DNA of 64,000 bases from Candidatus Aminicenantes bacterium (GCA_035403085.1 DAONEM010000005.1:14515-78514); one strand, 5' to 3'. Shown: positions 48,360 through 58,595, counted from the first letter of the stretch. The notes: a model not told the origin generated them from the letters alone. Translations and numbers: made by a program.

Positions 48360-49705
48360 AAGGGAGCATTCTTCTGACAATGTTGGTGGTTCTCTCTCTG
48401 GTGGGGGTTTTCATGACGGCCTTTATCTCAACTGCTCAGCTCTCACAGAGGGCTCAGCGGGGGATGGTTGAGCGGTACTACCGGGAGAGCCTCTTGAGGG
48501 GGTTCCTTTCCAAGGGAATCGGTCACGAGTTGGAGAAGGTGAACCATAAGGAGGGGATGATCCGTTCCGTCGCTGACGCGGGAATCTTGGAGGGAAGCTA
48601 CGGGGACTCTTTGCGGGAGGAGGCGGCCCGGCTGGAGGTGAAGGTGGAGGAAGAGAGCCGCCTCTACGGTGAGGGGAGGGAGATCGATGCCCATCTGACC
48701 ATGAAGGCTCTCTTGGGGCGGGGGGGACGGATGGGCGCCTCGGTGGATCTGGAAATCTTCTCCGGTTTTCCCCCCTTCCTCTTCTTTCCGGTCTCCCCCT
48801 TGGGGGGGGTCATGGGGCACTACTTCTTTCCCTACCATAGATCCGCGAAAGAGTATGGGGCGGAGTTTCTCTTCCCAAGGGAGTCGGCCATGGGGAGACT
48901 CCTGAACCCAAGGGAGGGAGAGTCCCTGCGGGCCGCCCTTCGTCGTAAGTGCGGCCTGGAACCTGGGGAGATGCCGATAGTGGACGGCATCTACGTGGGA
49001 GAGGGTGACGATGGCCTCTTTCTCTACATCAAAGGGAATGTCGAGCGCCTTCTTTTGGGTTGGGACGGCGAGAAGGAGTACATCTTTGTGGAGGAAGAGG
49101 AGCATACGCTCTTGTTGAGTTACCCTCCCGAGGGAGGCGAGACCAGGTATGCCAAAGATGGAGCGGGAGGATCCTACCACGGTCTCTTCTCGGGAGTCCT
49201 CCTTGTGGAAGGGGATGTGAAGAGTTTTGGCTCGGGGGAGCCTATGGGCGAGAGGCTTGTGGAGGCTCCGGACTCTCCGGCTCTGGGGGAGGGCGTTGAG
49301 CTTCAACTCTATCTGGGAGGGGACGTAGCCATCGATCTTCCCCTTCGCTACGACGGGGTCTCTATCGCCAGAGGCAGCTTTAAGAGGGAGAAGAGCCGAC
49401 TCTGCCTTGTACAGAGCCCAGGGCTCTTGGAGGAGAAGCCCTCGCTCCCCGTCCAGGAAGTGTTCTTACGGGGCGAACCGGGAGAGTTCCATGGGAACCT
49501 CTTCACCCGGGGTATCCTTAGGTCTGAAGAGGATGTGAAGGTTTTCGGCGCCCTCAGAGGGGGAGAGGTCCAAGGGACCGGTCTGTGGACGGTCTATGAG
49601 GATCCTGACAACTTCTTCCGCCCCTGGAAATGGCCCCTTCCCCGAGGAGAGGGGGAGTGGACTCTAGTCAAACGGGTGGTTCTCAGGGATGTGGAGGGAC
49701 CATGA
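48356..49705 (+). CDS. GspK-like minor pseudopilin
   Basis: ATG 48356 overlapping upstream stop (ATGA); N-terminus MKGSILLTMLVVLSLVGVFMTAF; ~449 aa. Confidence 0.5.
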   Translation: MKGSILLTMLVVLSLVGVFMTAFISTAQLSQRAQRGMVERYYRESLLRGFLSKGIGHELEKVNHKEGMIRSVADAGILEGSYGDSLREEAARLEVKVEEESRLYGEGREIDAHLTMKALLGRGGRMGASVDLEIFSGFPPFLFFPVSPLGGVMGHYFFPYHRSAKEYGAEFLFPRESAMGRLLNPREGESLRAALRRKCGLEPGEMPIVDGIYVGEGDDGLFLYIKGNVERLLLGWDGEKEYIFVEEEEHTLLLSYPPEGGETRYAKDGAGGSYHGLFSGVLLVEGDVKSFGSGEPMGERLVEAPDSPALGEGVELQLYLGGDVAIDLPLRYDGVSIARGSFKREKSRLCLVQSPGLLEEKPSLPVQEVFLRGEPGEFHGNLFTRGILRSEEDVKVFGALRGGEVQGTGLWTVYEDPDNFFRPWKWPLPRGEGEWTLVKRVVLRDVEGP

Positions 49706-50124
49706 GGGAGAGAGGTGTAAGCCTGATCGAAGCGGTCGCCGTCTTGGGGCTCTCGCTCTGGATGGTCGTCGCTGTTTGGGGTTGGGGGAGGAACTGCTGG
49801 AGGCAGTGGAGGGAGTCGGGAGAGCTCTTTCAGATCAAGGTTTTCCTCGAAGCTTCCAGGCTTGAGGCCATTGTCAAGGGAGAAGAGAGGAGAGTTTTCT
49901 TTGTATCTGATGGGATGGAACGGCAGAGACGGTTTGGAGGGAAATGGGTCGCTTGCCGGCGGGTGAGCATCCCCTTCTTTCGGTTCAAAGCGAACAACAC
50001 CCCTCTCTTTACCCCCACGGGAACGGTTTCCAACTTCTTTACCTTAACCCTGGTCGGCCCTGACAGGGTGAGGAAGATCACCATGAACTCCGTGGGAAGA
50101 GTACGGGTCTGCGAAATTGAATAA
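49702..50124 (+). CDS. prepilin-type minor pseudopilin (GspH/FimT-like)
   Basis: ATG 49702 overlapping upstream stop (ATGA); RGVSLIEAVAVLGL prepilin motif; 140 aa. Confidence 0.5.
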   Translation: MRERGVSLIEAVAVLGLSLWMVVAVWGWGRNCWRQWRESGELFQIKVFLEASRLEAIVKGEERRVFFVSDGMERQRRFGGKWVACRRVSIPFFRFKANNTPLFTPTGTVSNFFTLTLVGPDRVRKITMNSVGRVRVCEIE

Positions 50125-50135
50125 GGGAGGAGAGA

Positions 50136-50570
50136 ATGGCACAAAACTTCAAGGATCTGAGAGTTTGGCAGAAGAGTATGGACCTCTGGACGGCGACGCT
50201 TTCTCTCGCGGAGGGACGCGGGGGGGAGCAGGCCGAGATGAAAGCCCTGCGGGAGGTGACGGTCTCGATTCCCTGCCTCCTCGCCGAGGGGTATCAGAGG
50301 AGGGACACTTCGGGCTTTCTGGAGAAGCTGACGCGGGTTCAGGATGGCCTTGTTAAGGCCTTTGTCCTCCTGGAGATGGCTTTACGTCGGGGAAACGGAT
50401 GCGAGAGTGCGGTGAACCGGTGCCTTCAGGAGGGTGACGATTTGGGCAAGATGGTTTACCGTCTCAAGAAGGCCTTGGAAGAGGGACGAGAAGAAGGCGG
50501 AGAGAGAGGCAGGGATAAAGGGACGGCATCAGGGCAACAGAGCCGTTCCAACGGCCCTGCCAGGGCCTGA
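50136..50570 (+). CDS. four-helix-bundle protein (TIGR02436 / 23S rRNA IVS-protein family)
   Basis: FKDLRVWQKSMDL N-terminal signature; 144 aa. Confidence 0.7.
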   Translation: MAQNFKDLRVWQKSMDLWTATLSLAEGRGGEQAEMKALREVTVSIPCLLAEGYQRRDTSGFLEKLTRVQDGLVKAFVLLEMALRRGNGCESAVNRCLQEGDDLGKMVYRLKKALEEGREEGGERGRDKGTASGQQSRSNGPARA

Positions 50571-50641
50571 AGAAAGCGGGCGAAAAGGCCGGTGGCGAAG
50601 GCTCGCCTTGACAATCGGGGTTATGTGTTATACCTTAAGAG

Positions 50642-51079
50642 ATGAAAATAGCCCTGGGAGCCGATCACGCCGGCTTTTCGCTCAAAGAGATCTTAGCCGA
50701 AACCCTTCGCCAACAAGGCTATGGGGTAGAAGATAAGGGGACCTACGGGAGAGATTCCTGCGACTACACCGATTACGCCTCCGCTGTTGCCGAAGCGGTT
50801 GCCTCGGGAGAGGTGGAACGGGGTGTACTCGTCTGTGGCACCGGCATCGGTATGTCCATTGCCGCAAACAGGGTCCCCGGTGTTCGGGCGGCGCTTGTCC
50901 AAAGCGAGTATCAAGCCCGAAAGTGCCGTGAACACAACGATTCCAACATCCTTGTCTTAGGGGCGAGGGTCACGACGACGGAGATGGCGGAGCTCTACCT
51001 CTCCCTCTGGTTAACCACACCCTTCGCCGAAGGAAGGCACAGAGTTCGAATCGAAAAGCTGGACAAGAGAAAGAGTTAA
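50642..51079 (+). CDS. rpiB: ribose-5-phosphate isomerase B
   Basis: MKIALGADHAGF...VLVCGTGIGMSIAANR canonical RpiB/LacAB motifs. Confidence 0.9.
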   Translation: MKIALGADHAGFSLKEILAETLRQQGYGVEDKGTYGRDSCDYTDYASAVAEAVASGEVERGVLVCGTGIGMSIAANRVPGVRAALVQSEYQARKCREHNDSNILVLGARVTTTEMAELYLSLWLTTPFAEGRHRVRIEKLDKRKS

Positions 51080-51110
51080 GGCAAACCCTGGGATAGGAGG
51101 AGGTTGATCT

Positions 51111-52388
51111 ATGTTTTATGAGAATCTATCCGTCATGGACAGAGAGGTAACAGAAGCTCTTCTGCAGGAGCTGAACCGTCAAAACGACAACATCGAGCTT
51201 ATCGCTTCCGAGAACTTCGTGCCCGAATCGATCATGGAAGCCATGGGCTCCGCCTTTACGAACAAATACGCCGAGGGGTATCCCGGAAAGAGATACTACG
51301 GTGGTTGTCACAACGTCGACATTGTGGAGTCTCTGGCCATCGAAAGGGCGAAGAGCCTCTTCGGTGCAGACCACGCCAACGTCCAGCCCCATTCCGGAAC
51401 CCAGGCCAACATGGGCGTTTACTTTTCCGTCTGTCAGCCCGGCGATACGGTTCTCGGCATGAACCTCTCCCATGGCGGACATCTTTCCCACGGTCATCCT
51501 CTCAACTTCTCGGGCTTGTTCTACAAGATCGTACCTTACGGCGTCTCAAAGGAGACGGAGACGATCGATTACGACGAGATGGAGAGGCTGGCTTTGGAGC
51601 ATCGCCCCAAGATGATCATCGCCGGAGCGAGCGCGTACCCCAGAACGATAGACTTCCGCCGGATAAGGCAGATCGCCGACAAGGTCGGGGCTGTCATGAC
51701 CGTCGATATGGCCCACATCGCAGGGCTCGTTGCCGCCGGGGTACACCCTTCACCGGTCCCCTTCGCAGACTTCGTCACCTCCACGACCCATAAGACCCTT
51801 CGAGGGCCCAGGGGTGGTTTCATCCTCTGCCGGGAGCCTTTCAAGAAGAATCTCAACAAGAACGTCTTCCCTGGCATGCAAGGCGGTCCCCTCATGCACG
51901 TGATCGCCGCCAAGGCGCTCTGCTTTAAGATGGCCATGACCGAGGAGTTCAAGGCTTATCAGAAGCAGGTTGTGGCCAACGCCAAGGTCCTCGCCGGAGC
52001 CCTTCAGGACAACGGCTTCCGGATCGTCTCGGGAGGAACGGACAACCATCTCATGCTTGTGGACCTTACCTCCAAAGGGGTCTCCGGGAAAGATGTCGAG
52101 ATCGCCCTGGACAAGGCCCACATCACGGTGAACAAGAACACGATTCCCTTCGATCCCAACCCGCCTCTGGTTACGTCGGGGATCCGCCTGGGAACGCCGG
52201 CCGTTACCACCAGAGGCATGAAGGAAGAGGAGATGAAGACGATCGCGGTCCTCATCGCGGAAGCGGTCCACAACATTAAGGATGACGCGCTCCTGGAGAA
52301 GGTGGCCGGAAAGGTTCGTGATCTGACGAAAGGCTTTCCCCTCTACCCCAACCTTAGGGAGAAGTACCAGAAAGACCTGCACTCCTGA
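51111..52388 (+). CDS. glyA: serine hydroxymethyltransferase
   Basis: ELIASENF and PLP-lysine region [13 protein letters not shown]; 425 aa. Confidence 0.95.
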   Translation: MFYENLSVMDREVTEALLQELNRQNDNIELIASENFVPESIMEAMGSAFTNKYAEGYPGKRYYGGCHNVDIVESLAIERAKSLFGADHANVQPHSGTQANMGVYFSVCQPGDTVLGMNLSHGGHLSHGHPLNFSGLFYKIVPYGVSKETETIDYDEMERLALEHRPKMIIAGASAYPRTIDFRRIRQIADKVGAVMTVDMAHIAGLVAAGVHPSPVPFADFVTSTTHKTLRGPRGGFILCREPFKKNLNKNVFPGMQGGPLMHVIAAKALCFKMAMTEEFKAYQKQVVANAKVLAGALQDNGFRIVSGGTDNHLMLVDLTSKGVSGKDVEIALDKAHITVNKNTIPFDPNPPLVTSGIRLGTPAVTTRGMKEEEMKTIAVLIAEAVHNIKDDALLEKVAGKVRDLTKGFPLYPNLREKYQKDLHS

Positions 52389-52437
52389 GGTTGATCGGTT
52401 CACCTGAAGGGCCCCGGAGGAAGAGACCGGATAGTGG

Positions 52438-53856
52438 ATGGGTGAAATAGACGGGTTCCAGGTTCTTGCCAGCTTTTCTGACGACGAGATGGAGGGGTTC
52501 GTCACAGTCATCTCGTCGTCAGAGCCCAGACAGCCCATCCCCGATATCGATCAGCTTGTTCAAGAGATTAAGCGACAAGGGATCGTTTTCGGTCTCGACA
52601 TGGAGAGGGTTTGGCAAGCTCTCCACGATTACAACGACGGTAAACCCGTCCAAAATTATTCCGTCGCATTAGGCCAGCCTGTGGAAGAGGGAATGGACGG
52701 GCGAATCGAGTTCAAGATCGATATGTCCGTCCAGCCTAAGATTGTAGACAGCCGCGTCGATTACAAAGAAATCGATCAATTCAAGAGCGTAGAGAAAGGG
52801 GATCTTCTCGCGGTGAAGTGGAAGCCCCGCCCTGGGAGCCGTGGAACGACGGTGACCGGGATGGCCAAGAGCCCGCGCACGGGAAAGACGACCCTTCTCT
52901 TCCCGGGAAAGAATGTGGTGACCCAGGAGAACACGGATGCGGTCTACTTCTACGCCGGGGAGAACGGGTACGTCATCGTCCAGAGCGATCGGCTCTCCGT
53001 CTTTCCCGTTCTCACGATCAAGAAGGACGTTGACTTTTCCATTGGGAACATCCGCTTCAAAGGGGATGTGACGATCATGGGGGATGTCCTTCCCGATTTC
53101 GTCGTCGAAACCACAGGGAAGGTGACCATATACGGAACGGTGTTGGGGAGCCGTATAGAGGCTGGAGGAGCTGTGACCATCCGGGGGGGGGTCTCAGGGA
53201 AAGATAAAGGCATGGTCCTCTCGAACGAGGATATTGACATATCCTACGTAGAGAGAGGAAACATCGAAGGAAAGAAGGATGTTTACGTAAAGACCGGAGT
53301 ACTCAACAGCACTGTTCTTTGCTACGGTAAGTTCTATGGAGACTCTCCCGGCGGGAGGATCATGGAGAGCGTCATCAAGGCCGGGCAAGGGATCATGGCC
53401 TTCAACGTGGGTTCCCCTTTCACGAAGAGACTCGACCTGATCTGCGGTATGGACGTTGAGAAGGAAAAGCAGTTGGAGACGGCCAACGAAAACCTCAACA
53501 ACCTTGTCGTAGAACTACGACAGCTCAAGCAGAAATACGGGGAAGAGAATCTGAAGACCCAGGAACTCGCGTACTTCTTAAGACAGTACTCCGGCTCCAA
53601 ACAGGTGGAGACCGACTACCACCGCTACAAGGAGCTGGGAGCCCTGATACAGGATTGTTACAACCTTGTGAAACAACTTCAGGGCGAGGCCTTTAACGTC
53701 AACGCCATGGTGAAGGTGAAGGGTGTCGTCTACCCCGGGACACGTATCGTCATCGGGGAGTATGAACTTCTGGTGCCAAAGGAGTTGCACAATGTCGTTT
53801 TCTACAAGAACACCGAGGAAGGAGCCGTAAAATGGACCTCCGAAATCAGAGGGTAG
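52438..53856 (+). CDS. FapA family protein (DUF342)
   Basis: 472 aa; repetitive beta-rich central region (hexapeptide-like V/I-G repeats) and C-terminal coiled coil. Confidence 0.65.
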   Translation: MGEIDGFQVLASFSDDEMEGFVTVISSSEPRQPIPDIDQLVQEIKRQGIVFGLDMERVWQALHDYNDGKPVQNYSVALGQPVEEGMDGRIEFKIDMSVQPKIVDSRVDYKEIDQFKSVEKGDLLAVKWKPRPGSRGTTVTGMAKSPRTGKTTLLFPGKNVVTQENTDAVYFYAGENGYVIVQSDRLSVFPVLTIKKDVDFSIGNIRFKGDVTIMGDVLPDFVVETTGKVTIYGTVLGSRIEAGGAVTIRGGVSGKDKGMVLSNEDIDISYVERGNIEGKKDVYVKTGVLNSTVLCYGKFYGDSPGGRIMESVIKAGQGIMAFNVGSPFTKRLDLICGMDVEKEKQLETANENLNNLVVELRQLKQKYGEENLKTQELAYFLRQYSGSKQVETDYHRYKELGALIQDCYNLVKQLQGEAFNVNAMVKVKGVVYPGTRIVIGEYELLVPKELHNVVFYKNTEEGAVKWTSEIRG

Positions 53857-54680
53857 GGGTTTGCCAGTTCCGTCCCCTGCTGGGAGACATTGAGAAGAAC
53901 CTCTCGAAACACCTCGAATGGGTCGAACGGGGGAGAGAGGGTGGGGCGGATTTCCTGGTCTTCCCCGAACTGAGCCTGACGGGCTACCGTCTCAGGGACC
54001 TGGCGGGAGAGGTGGCCGTCGAGGCGGATTCCCCTTTCTGGAAGCCTCTTCAGGAAGCCTCCCGGGAGATGACACTGCTGGTGGGTTTCGTGGAGAAGGA
54101 CAGGGACGGAGTACTCTACAACTCCATGGCTCTTTTCAAGCCGGGTTGTACCTCCCCCTTCATCTACAGGAAGCTTCGGTTGCCTAACTTCGGGATGTTC
54201 GAAGAGAAACGTTTCTTCAAGGCGGGAGAGAAACTTGGTATCTGTGAGACGGTTCTTGGGAGGACCGGGCTTTTGGTCTGCAGGGACTTCCTCTTCCCCT
54301 CCCTGGCCTACTGCCATTTTTCTCAGGGAGTGAAAGTCATCGTCTGCCCCTCTAACGCCCCCTTGCGTGGCGTCGAAGGAGCGGAGTTCGACAGCCAGAG
54401 GCTTTGGGAGGATGCGGCGGCGGCCTATTCCCGCTTCTTCTCCGCCTTGGTCGTCTACGTCAACCGGACGGGGTTCGAGGATGGGTACGGCTTTGCCGGA
54501 GGTTCCTTTGTCATGGAACCAGGCGCCAAGATGGTCTGGAAGGCGCCTCCCCTGGAAGAGACCCTGGGAATCGTCGAATTCGACAAGAGGTGCTTCGCTC
54601 GGTACGAAGCCCTCTCCGGGTATCTCAAAGAGGAGGACCACGGCCAGATACGCCGGTTCCTCCTTTCGGAGGGAAGATGA
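53832..54680 (+). CDS. carbon-nitrogen hydrolase family protein (nitrilase superfamily)
   Basis: Catalytic E-K-C pattern (FPELSLTGY, ...YRKLRLP, LLVCRDFLFP). Overlaps nadE start by 4 nt. Confidence 0.75.
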   Translation: MDLRNQRVGVCQFRPLLGDIEKNLSKHLEWVERGREGGADFLVFPELSLTGYRLRDLAGEVAVEADSPFWKPLQEASREMTLLVGFVEKDRDGVLYNSMALFKPGCTSPFIYRKLRLPNFGMFEEKRFFKAGEKLGICETVLGRTGLLVCRDFLFPSLAYCHFSQGVKVIVCPSNAPLRGVEGAEFDSQRLWEDAAAAYSRFFSALVVYVNRTGFEDGYGFAGGSFVMEPGAKMVWKAPPLEETLGIVEFDKRCFARYEALSGYLKEEDHGQIRRFLLSEGR

Positions 54681-55489
54681 AGATCAACGCTGAGCTTGTT
54701 GAGAAGACGCTGGTTCTCTTCCTCCGCGAAGAGATTCACAAGTTCGGGTTTCAGAAGGGGATCCTCGGCCTCTCGGGGGGCCTCGACTCCGCGGTGGTCG
54801 CCTACCTTGCGGCGAAGGCCCTGGGGCCGGAGAACCTTCTCCTTCTCCTCCTTCCCTACCAGAGTTCGGATCGAAACAACCTGGAAGACGCCAGGGACGT
54901 GGTCTTGCGGCTCAAGACGCCCTCTTACGAGATCGATGTGACCCCCCAGATCGACGCCTACTTCTCTGCCAACCCGACCGACGACCGTCTGGCCTTTGGG
55001 AACAAGATCGCCCGGGAGAGGATGTCCATCCTCTTCGACTTCTCCCAGAGGGAGAAGGCCATGGTGTTGGGGACGTCGAACAAGACCGAGCTCCTCCTCG
55101 GGTATGGAACATGGTACGGAGACATGGCCTCATCCCTTAACCCGCTAGGGGACCTCTACAAGACACAGGTTTTCCAGCTGGCGGAGGCCTTGGGCGTTTC
55201 AGAAGCGGTTCGAGCGAAAGCGCCTTCCGCGGACCTTTGGCCGGGGCAGACCGACGAAGGGGAGATGGGGCTGACCTACGCGGAGGCCGACAAGATCCTC
55301 TACCTCCTGGTGGACCGGAGAATGACACCCGAAGAGGTTGCCGAGGAGGGATACCCCTCTTCCCTGGTACAAAAAATCTGCGCTATGGTGAAGAGGAACC
55401 AGTTCAAACGTCAGCTTCCTGTGATCGCCAAGCTCTCCCACCGAACGGTGGAGAAGGATTTTCTCTACCCCCGGGATTGGGGAGTCTGA
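54677..55489 (+). CDS. nadE: NAD+ synthetase (ammonia-ligase domain)
   Basis: PP-loop GLSGGLDSAVVAYLA; 270 aa. Confidence 0.85.
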   Translation: MKINAELVEKTLVLFLREEIHKFGFQKGILGLSGGLDSAVVAYLAAKALGPENLLLLLLPYQSSDRNNLEDARDVVLRLKTPSYEIDVTPQIDAYFSANPTDDRLAFGNKIARERMSILFDFSQREKAMVLGTSNKTELLLGYGTWYGDMASSLNPLGDLYKTQVFQLAEALGVSEAVRAKAPSADLWPGQTDEGEMGLTYAEADKILYLLVDRRMTPEEVAEEGYPSSLVQKICAMVKRNQFKRQLPVIAKLSHRTVEKDFLYPRDWGV

Positions 55490-55549
55490 GGTCGTTCCCT
55501 TCCCGCTCGCCGGTCAGCCCTGGAGAGTTCCCTGGGCTAGGAGGAACCC

Positions 55550-57187
55550 ATGGTTTCGAAAGCGCTTCTGCCCGTTAACGGCATCGACTATCTGATTATC
55601 GGCGCCTACCTCTTCATAACGGTCTTCGTTGGGTACAGCCTCAAGAAGTATATGAAGACCGGCGAGGACTTCTTTCTCTCCGGCCGGTCCCTTCCCACCT
55701 GGATCACAAGCCTCGCTTTCCTCTCCGCCAACCTCGGGGCCTTGGAGATCATAGGCATGGCGGGAAACTCCGCAAAGTACGGCATCATGACCGCTCACTT
55801 CTACTGGATTGGAGCCATTCCGGCCATGATCTTTCTCGGCCTTTTCATGATGCCCTTCTACTATGAGAACAGGGTCAAGAGCGTGCCGGAGTACCTGAAA
55901 CTCCGGTACAACAATGCGACCCATGCCCTCAACGCCGTCTCCTTCGCCATTATGACGGTGCTCATGAGCGGTATCAGCATGTACGCTATGGCATTGCTCT
56001 TCAAGCTGATGTTGGGTTGGTCCCTCACTTCGAGCATTCTCCTCTCCGCCTCGGTCGTTCTCGTTTACATCTTCTGGGGAGGGCTCTCTTCTTCGATCTA
56101 CAACGAAGTCATCCAATTCTTTCTGATCTGGTTGGGCCTCCTCCCGGTGGTTCTCCTCGGCCTCAAGGAGGTGGGTGGTTTTCAAGGTTTCATCGAAAGG
56201 GTCCCCGCTGAGTTTCTCCACAGCTGGAAGAATCTGGGGAGCGCCACGCAGAACCCCCTCGGAATCGAATGGGTCGGTGTCGTCCTGGGCCTCGGCTTCG
56301 TCCTCTCCTTCGGGTACTGGACGACCGACTTCCTGGTCGTTCAACGGGCCTTGGCCTCCAGGAGCCTTAACAGCGCCAGACTCACACCGATCGTCGCCTC
56401 CTTTCCCAAGATGATCATCCCGATTCTCGTCATCGTTCCAGGCTTGTTGGTGGTCGCCCTACTTCCTGCCTTTCAGCCCGGCGCGGCGGGGGGTGCACCG
56501 GATTACAACTCCGCGATTCTCCTTCTCATGGGACGGTATCTGCCCAACGGGATCCTCGGTCTCGCGGTAACGGCCCTCCTGGCAAGCTTCATGTCCGGGA
56601 TGGCCGGAAACGTTACGGCGTTCAACACGGTCTGGACCTACGACATCTACGGAAGCTACATCGCCCCCGGGCGCTCGGATCAACACTACCTGACCATGGG
56701 GAAGGCGGTCACCGTGGTAGGCGTTCTTTTCAGTATCCTGACGGCCTATATCGTCCAGCACTTCTCCAACATCATGGACTACATGCAGTTGGTCTTCTCC
56801 TTCTTCAACGCTCCTCTCTTCGCCACCTTTCTCCTGGGGATGTTCTGGAAAAGGGCGACCCCTGCCGGCGGATTCTGGGGGCTTCTGTCAGGGATCCTGG
56901 CCGCCGTCGCCCACTACCTGCTCTACAAGAGCGGGATTCTCCCCTACAGCAGCGATATGGGGGCCAACTTCTACCAAGCCTGGTGGGCCTGGCTCGTTGA
57001 CTTTGTGGTGACCATCCTTGTCAGTCTCTTCACCAAAAGGAAGAGCGATCAGGAGCTCAAAGGCCTTGTCTACTCCCTCTCTTCGAGGAGCGGGAGGGAT
57101 GCCTCCCGGCGCTGGTTTCTCCGGCCCGAGATCTGGGGCTCTCTCAGCCTTCTGCTGGTGGTGATTCTCAACGTTCTCTTCTGGTAG
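55550..57187 (+). CDS. sodium:solute symporter family transporter
   Basis: About 13 TM helices, SSF pattern (GRSLPTW..., ...LGALEIIGMAG); 545 aa. Confidence 0.85.
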   Translation: MVSKALLPVNGIDYLIIGAYLFITVFVGYSLKKYMKTGEDFFLSGRSLPTWITSLAFLSANLGALEIIGMAGNSAKYGIMTAHFYWIGAIPAMIFLGLFMMPFYYENRVKSVPEYLKLRYNNATHALNAVSFAIMTVLMSGISMYAMALLFKLMLGWSLTSSILLSASVVLVYIFWGGLSSSIYNEVIQFFLIWLGLLPVVLLGLKEVGGFQGFIERVPAEFLHSWKNLGSATQNPLGIEWVGVVLGLGFVLSFGYWTTDFLVVQRALASRSLNSARLTPIVASFPKMIIPILVIVPGLLVVALLPAFQPGAAGGAPDYNSAILLLMGRYLPNGILGLAVTALLASFMSGMAGNVTAFNTVWTYDIYGSYIAPGRSDQHYLTMGKAVTVVGVLFSILTAYIVQHFSNIMDYMQLVFSFFNAPLFATFLLGMFWKRATPAGGFWGLLSGILAAVAHYLLYKSGILPYSSDMGANFYQAWWAWLVDFVVTILVSLFTKRKSDQELKGLVYSLSSRSGRDASRRWFLRPEIWGSLSLLLVVILNVLFW

Positions 57188-57204
57188 TTTGAAGGAGGCG
57201 GCAA

Positions 57205-57423
57205 ATGCCGGGAAAGGAAAGCAACCACTTCTTAGACTTGAAACTCCCTCTGGGGGCTCTTTTAAGCTTCTACGGGGTGGTCTTGGGCCTCTACGGGATC
57301 TTCTCAGACCCTTCGGTCTATACGAAGAGCTTCCATATCAACGTTAACCTCTACTGGGGGGGGCTCCTCTTGGCCCTAGGCCTTCTGCTTCTCCTCTTGA
57401 CCTTCCGCAGGAGGAGAGGATGA
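57205..57423 (+). CDS. small hydrophobic protein, possibly symporter-associated
   Basis: 72 aa, two predicted TM helices, Arg-rich tail; 4-nt overlap with galK start. Confidence 0.35.
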   Translation: MPGKESNHFLDLKLPLGALLSFYGVVLGLYGIFSDPSVYTKSFHINVNLYWGGLLLALGLLLLLLTFRRRRG

Positions 57424-58595
57424 GGCGGGAAGAGGCTGTCAGTGCGCTGAAGAACCGCTTTCTGGAGAGGTTCGGCCCCTTTAAGGAGGGAGACCTCCTC
57501 TTCTCCATGGCTCCTGGTCGGGTGAACCTCATTGGAGAGCATACGGACTACAACGGTGGGTTCGTTCTTCCCTTGACGATTCCCCGGGCGGCCTATCTGC
57601 TTGTCAGGCAGAGAGGGGACAGGAGGGTCTCTCTCTGGTCCGAGAACTTCTCAGAAGGGGTGGAGTGGAACCTGGACGATCCTCCGAGGAAGGAGGGGCG
57701 CCGGTGGTTTCACTACCCTCTGGGGGTCGTGGAGGCGCTGAGAGGGCGGTTCCCCCTCGGAGGTTTCGAGGGCGTCGTGACCGGGGACGTACCCCTGGCT
57801 TCGGGCCTCAGCTCTTCGGCAGCCTTGGAGGTGGCGTTTGTCGGTGCCGTGAAGGGCCTCTTCTCCCTCCCTCTCGACCCCCTCGAGGAGATCGATGCCG
57901 CCTTGAGGGCGGAGCGGGAGTACGTGGGCGTTCAGTGTGGAATCATGGACCAGTTCGTTTCTCGTTTAGGACGGAGCGGAGAGGCCCTCTTTCTGGACTG
58001 TCGAAACGCCGAATACAGGGCCGTTCCCTGGAGGCCCGAAGGAATCTCCCTGCTTGTGGTCGACACCGGGGCTCAGAGGGAACTCGCCGCTTCGGCCTAC
58101 AACACCCGCAGAGAGGAGTGCGAAGAGGGAGTCTCCTTCTTCCAAAGGCACGATTCCTCCATCAAGAGCCTGAGAGAGCTCTCTTGGGAGCTTTTCCAGA
58201 GATACGGCGGAGGGCTTCCGGAGGGGGTCGCCTCTCGGGTCCGCCATGTTCTGGAAGAGAACCGGAGGGTCCGGGAGGCGGTTAACGCCCTGGAGAGGGG
58301 GGACTTTCAGGCGCTGGGAGAGCTCTTTACCGCTTCCCACCGGAGCCTGAGAGACCTCTACCTTGTCAGCTCCCCGGAGCTCGACCGCGTTGTCGCCAGC
58401 TCCCTCGAGGCCGGAGCCCTGGGCGCCCGCCTGACCGGCGCGGGTTTCGGCGGTTGCGCTATCGCCCTCTTTCGGGAGAGTGATCTGGAGAGAGGGAAGA
58501 TGGCCATCCAGAGGGACTTTGAGGAGAGTTTTCACCGCCTCCCCCTTTTCTTAGAGTTAAGGGAGAATTTCGGATCCCAGGTTGCGAGAGTCTAA
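57420..58595 (+). CDS. galK: galactokinase
   Basis: Galactokinase signature PGRVNLIGEHTDYNGG and GHMP ATP motif PLASGLSSSAALEVA. Confidence 0.85.
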   Translation: MRREEAVSALKNRFLERFGPFKEGDLLFSMAPGRVNLIGEHTDYNGGFVLPLTIPRAAYLLVRQRGDRRVSLWSENFSEGVEWNLDDPPRKEGRRWFHYPLGVVEALRGRFPLGGFEGVVTGDVPLASGLSSSAALEVAFVGAVKGLFSLPLDPLEEIDAALRAEREYVGVQCGIMDQFVSRLGRSGEALFLDCRNAEYRAVPWRPEGISLLVVDTGAQRELAASAYNTRREECEEGVSFFQRHDSSIKSLRELSWELFQRYGGGLPEGVASRVRHVLEENRRVREAVNALERGDFQALGELFTASHRSLRDLYLVSSPELDRVVASSLEAGALGARLTGAGFGGCAIALFRESDLERGKMAIQRDFEESFHRLPLFLELRENFGSQVARV

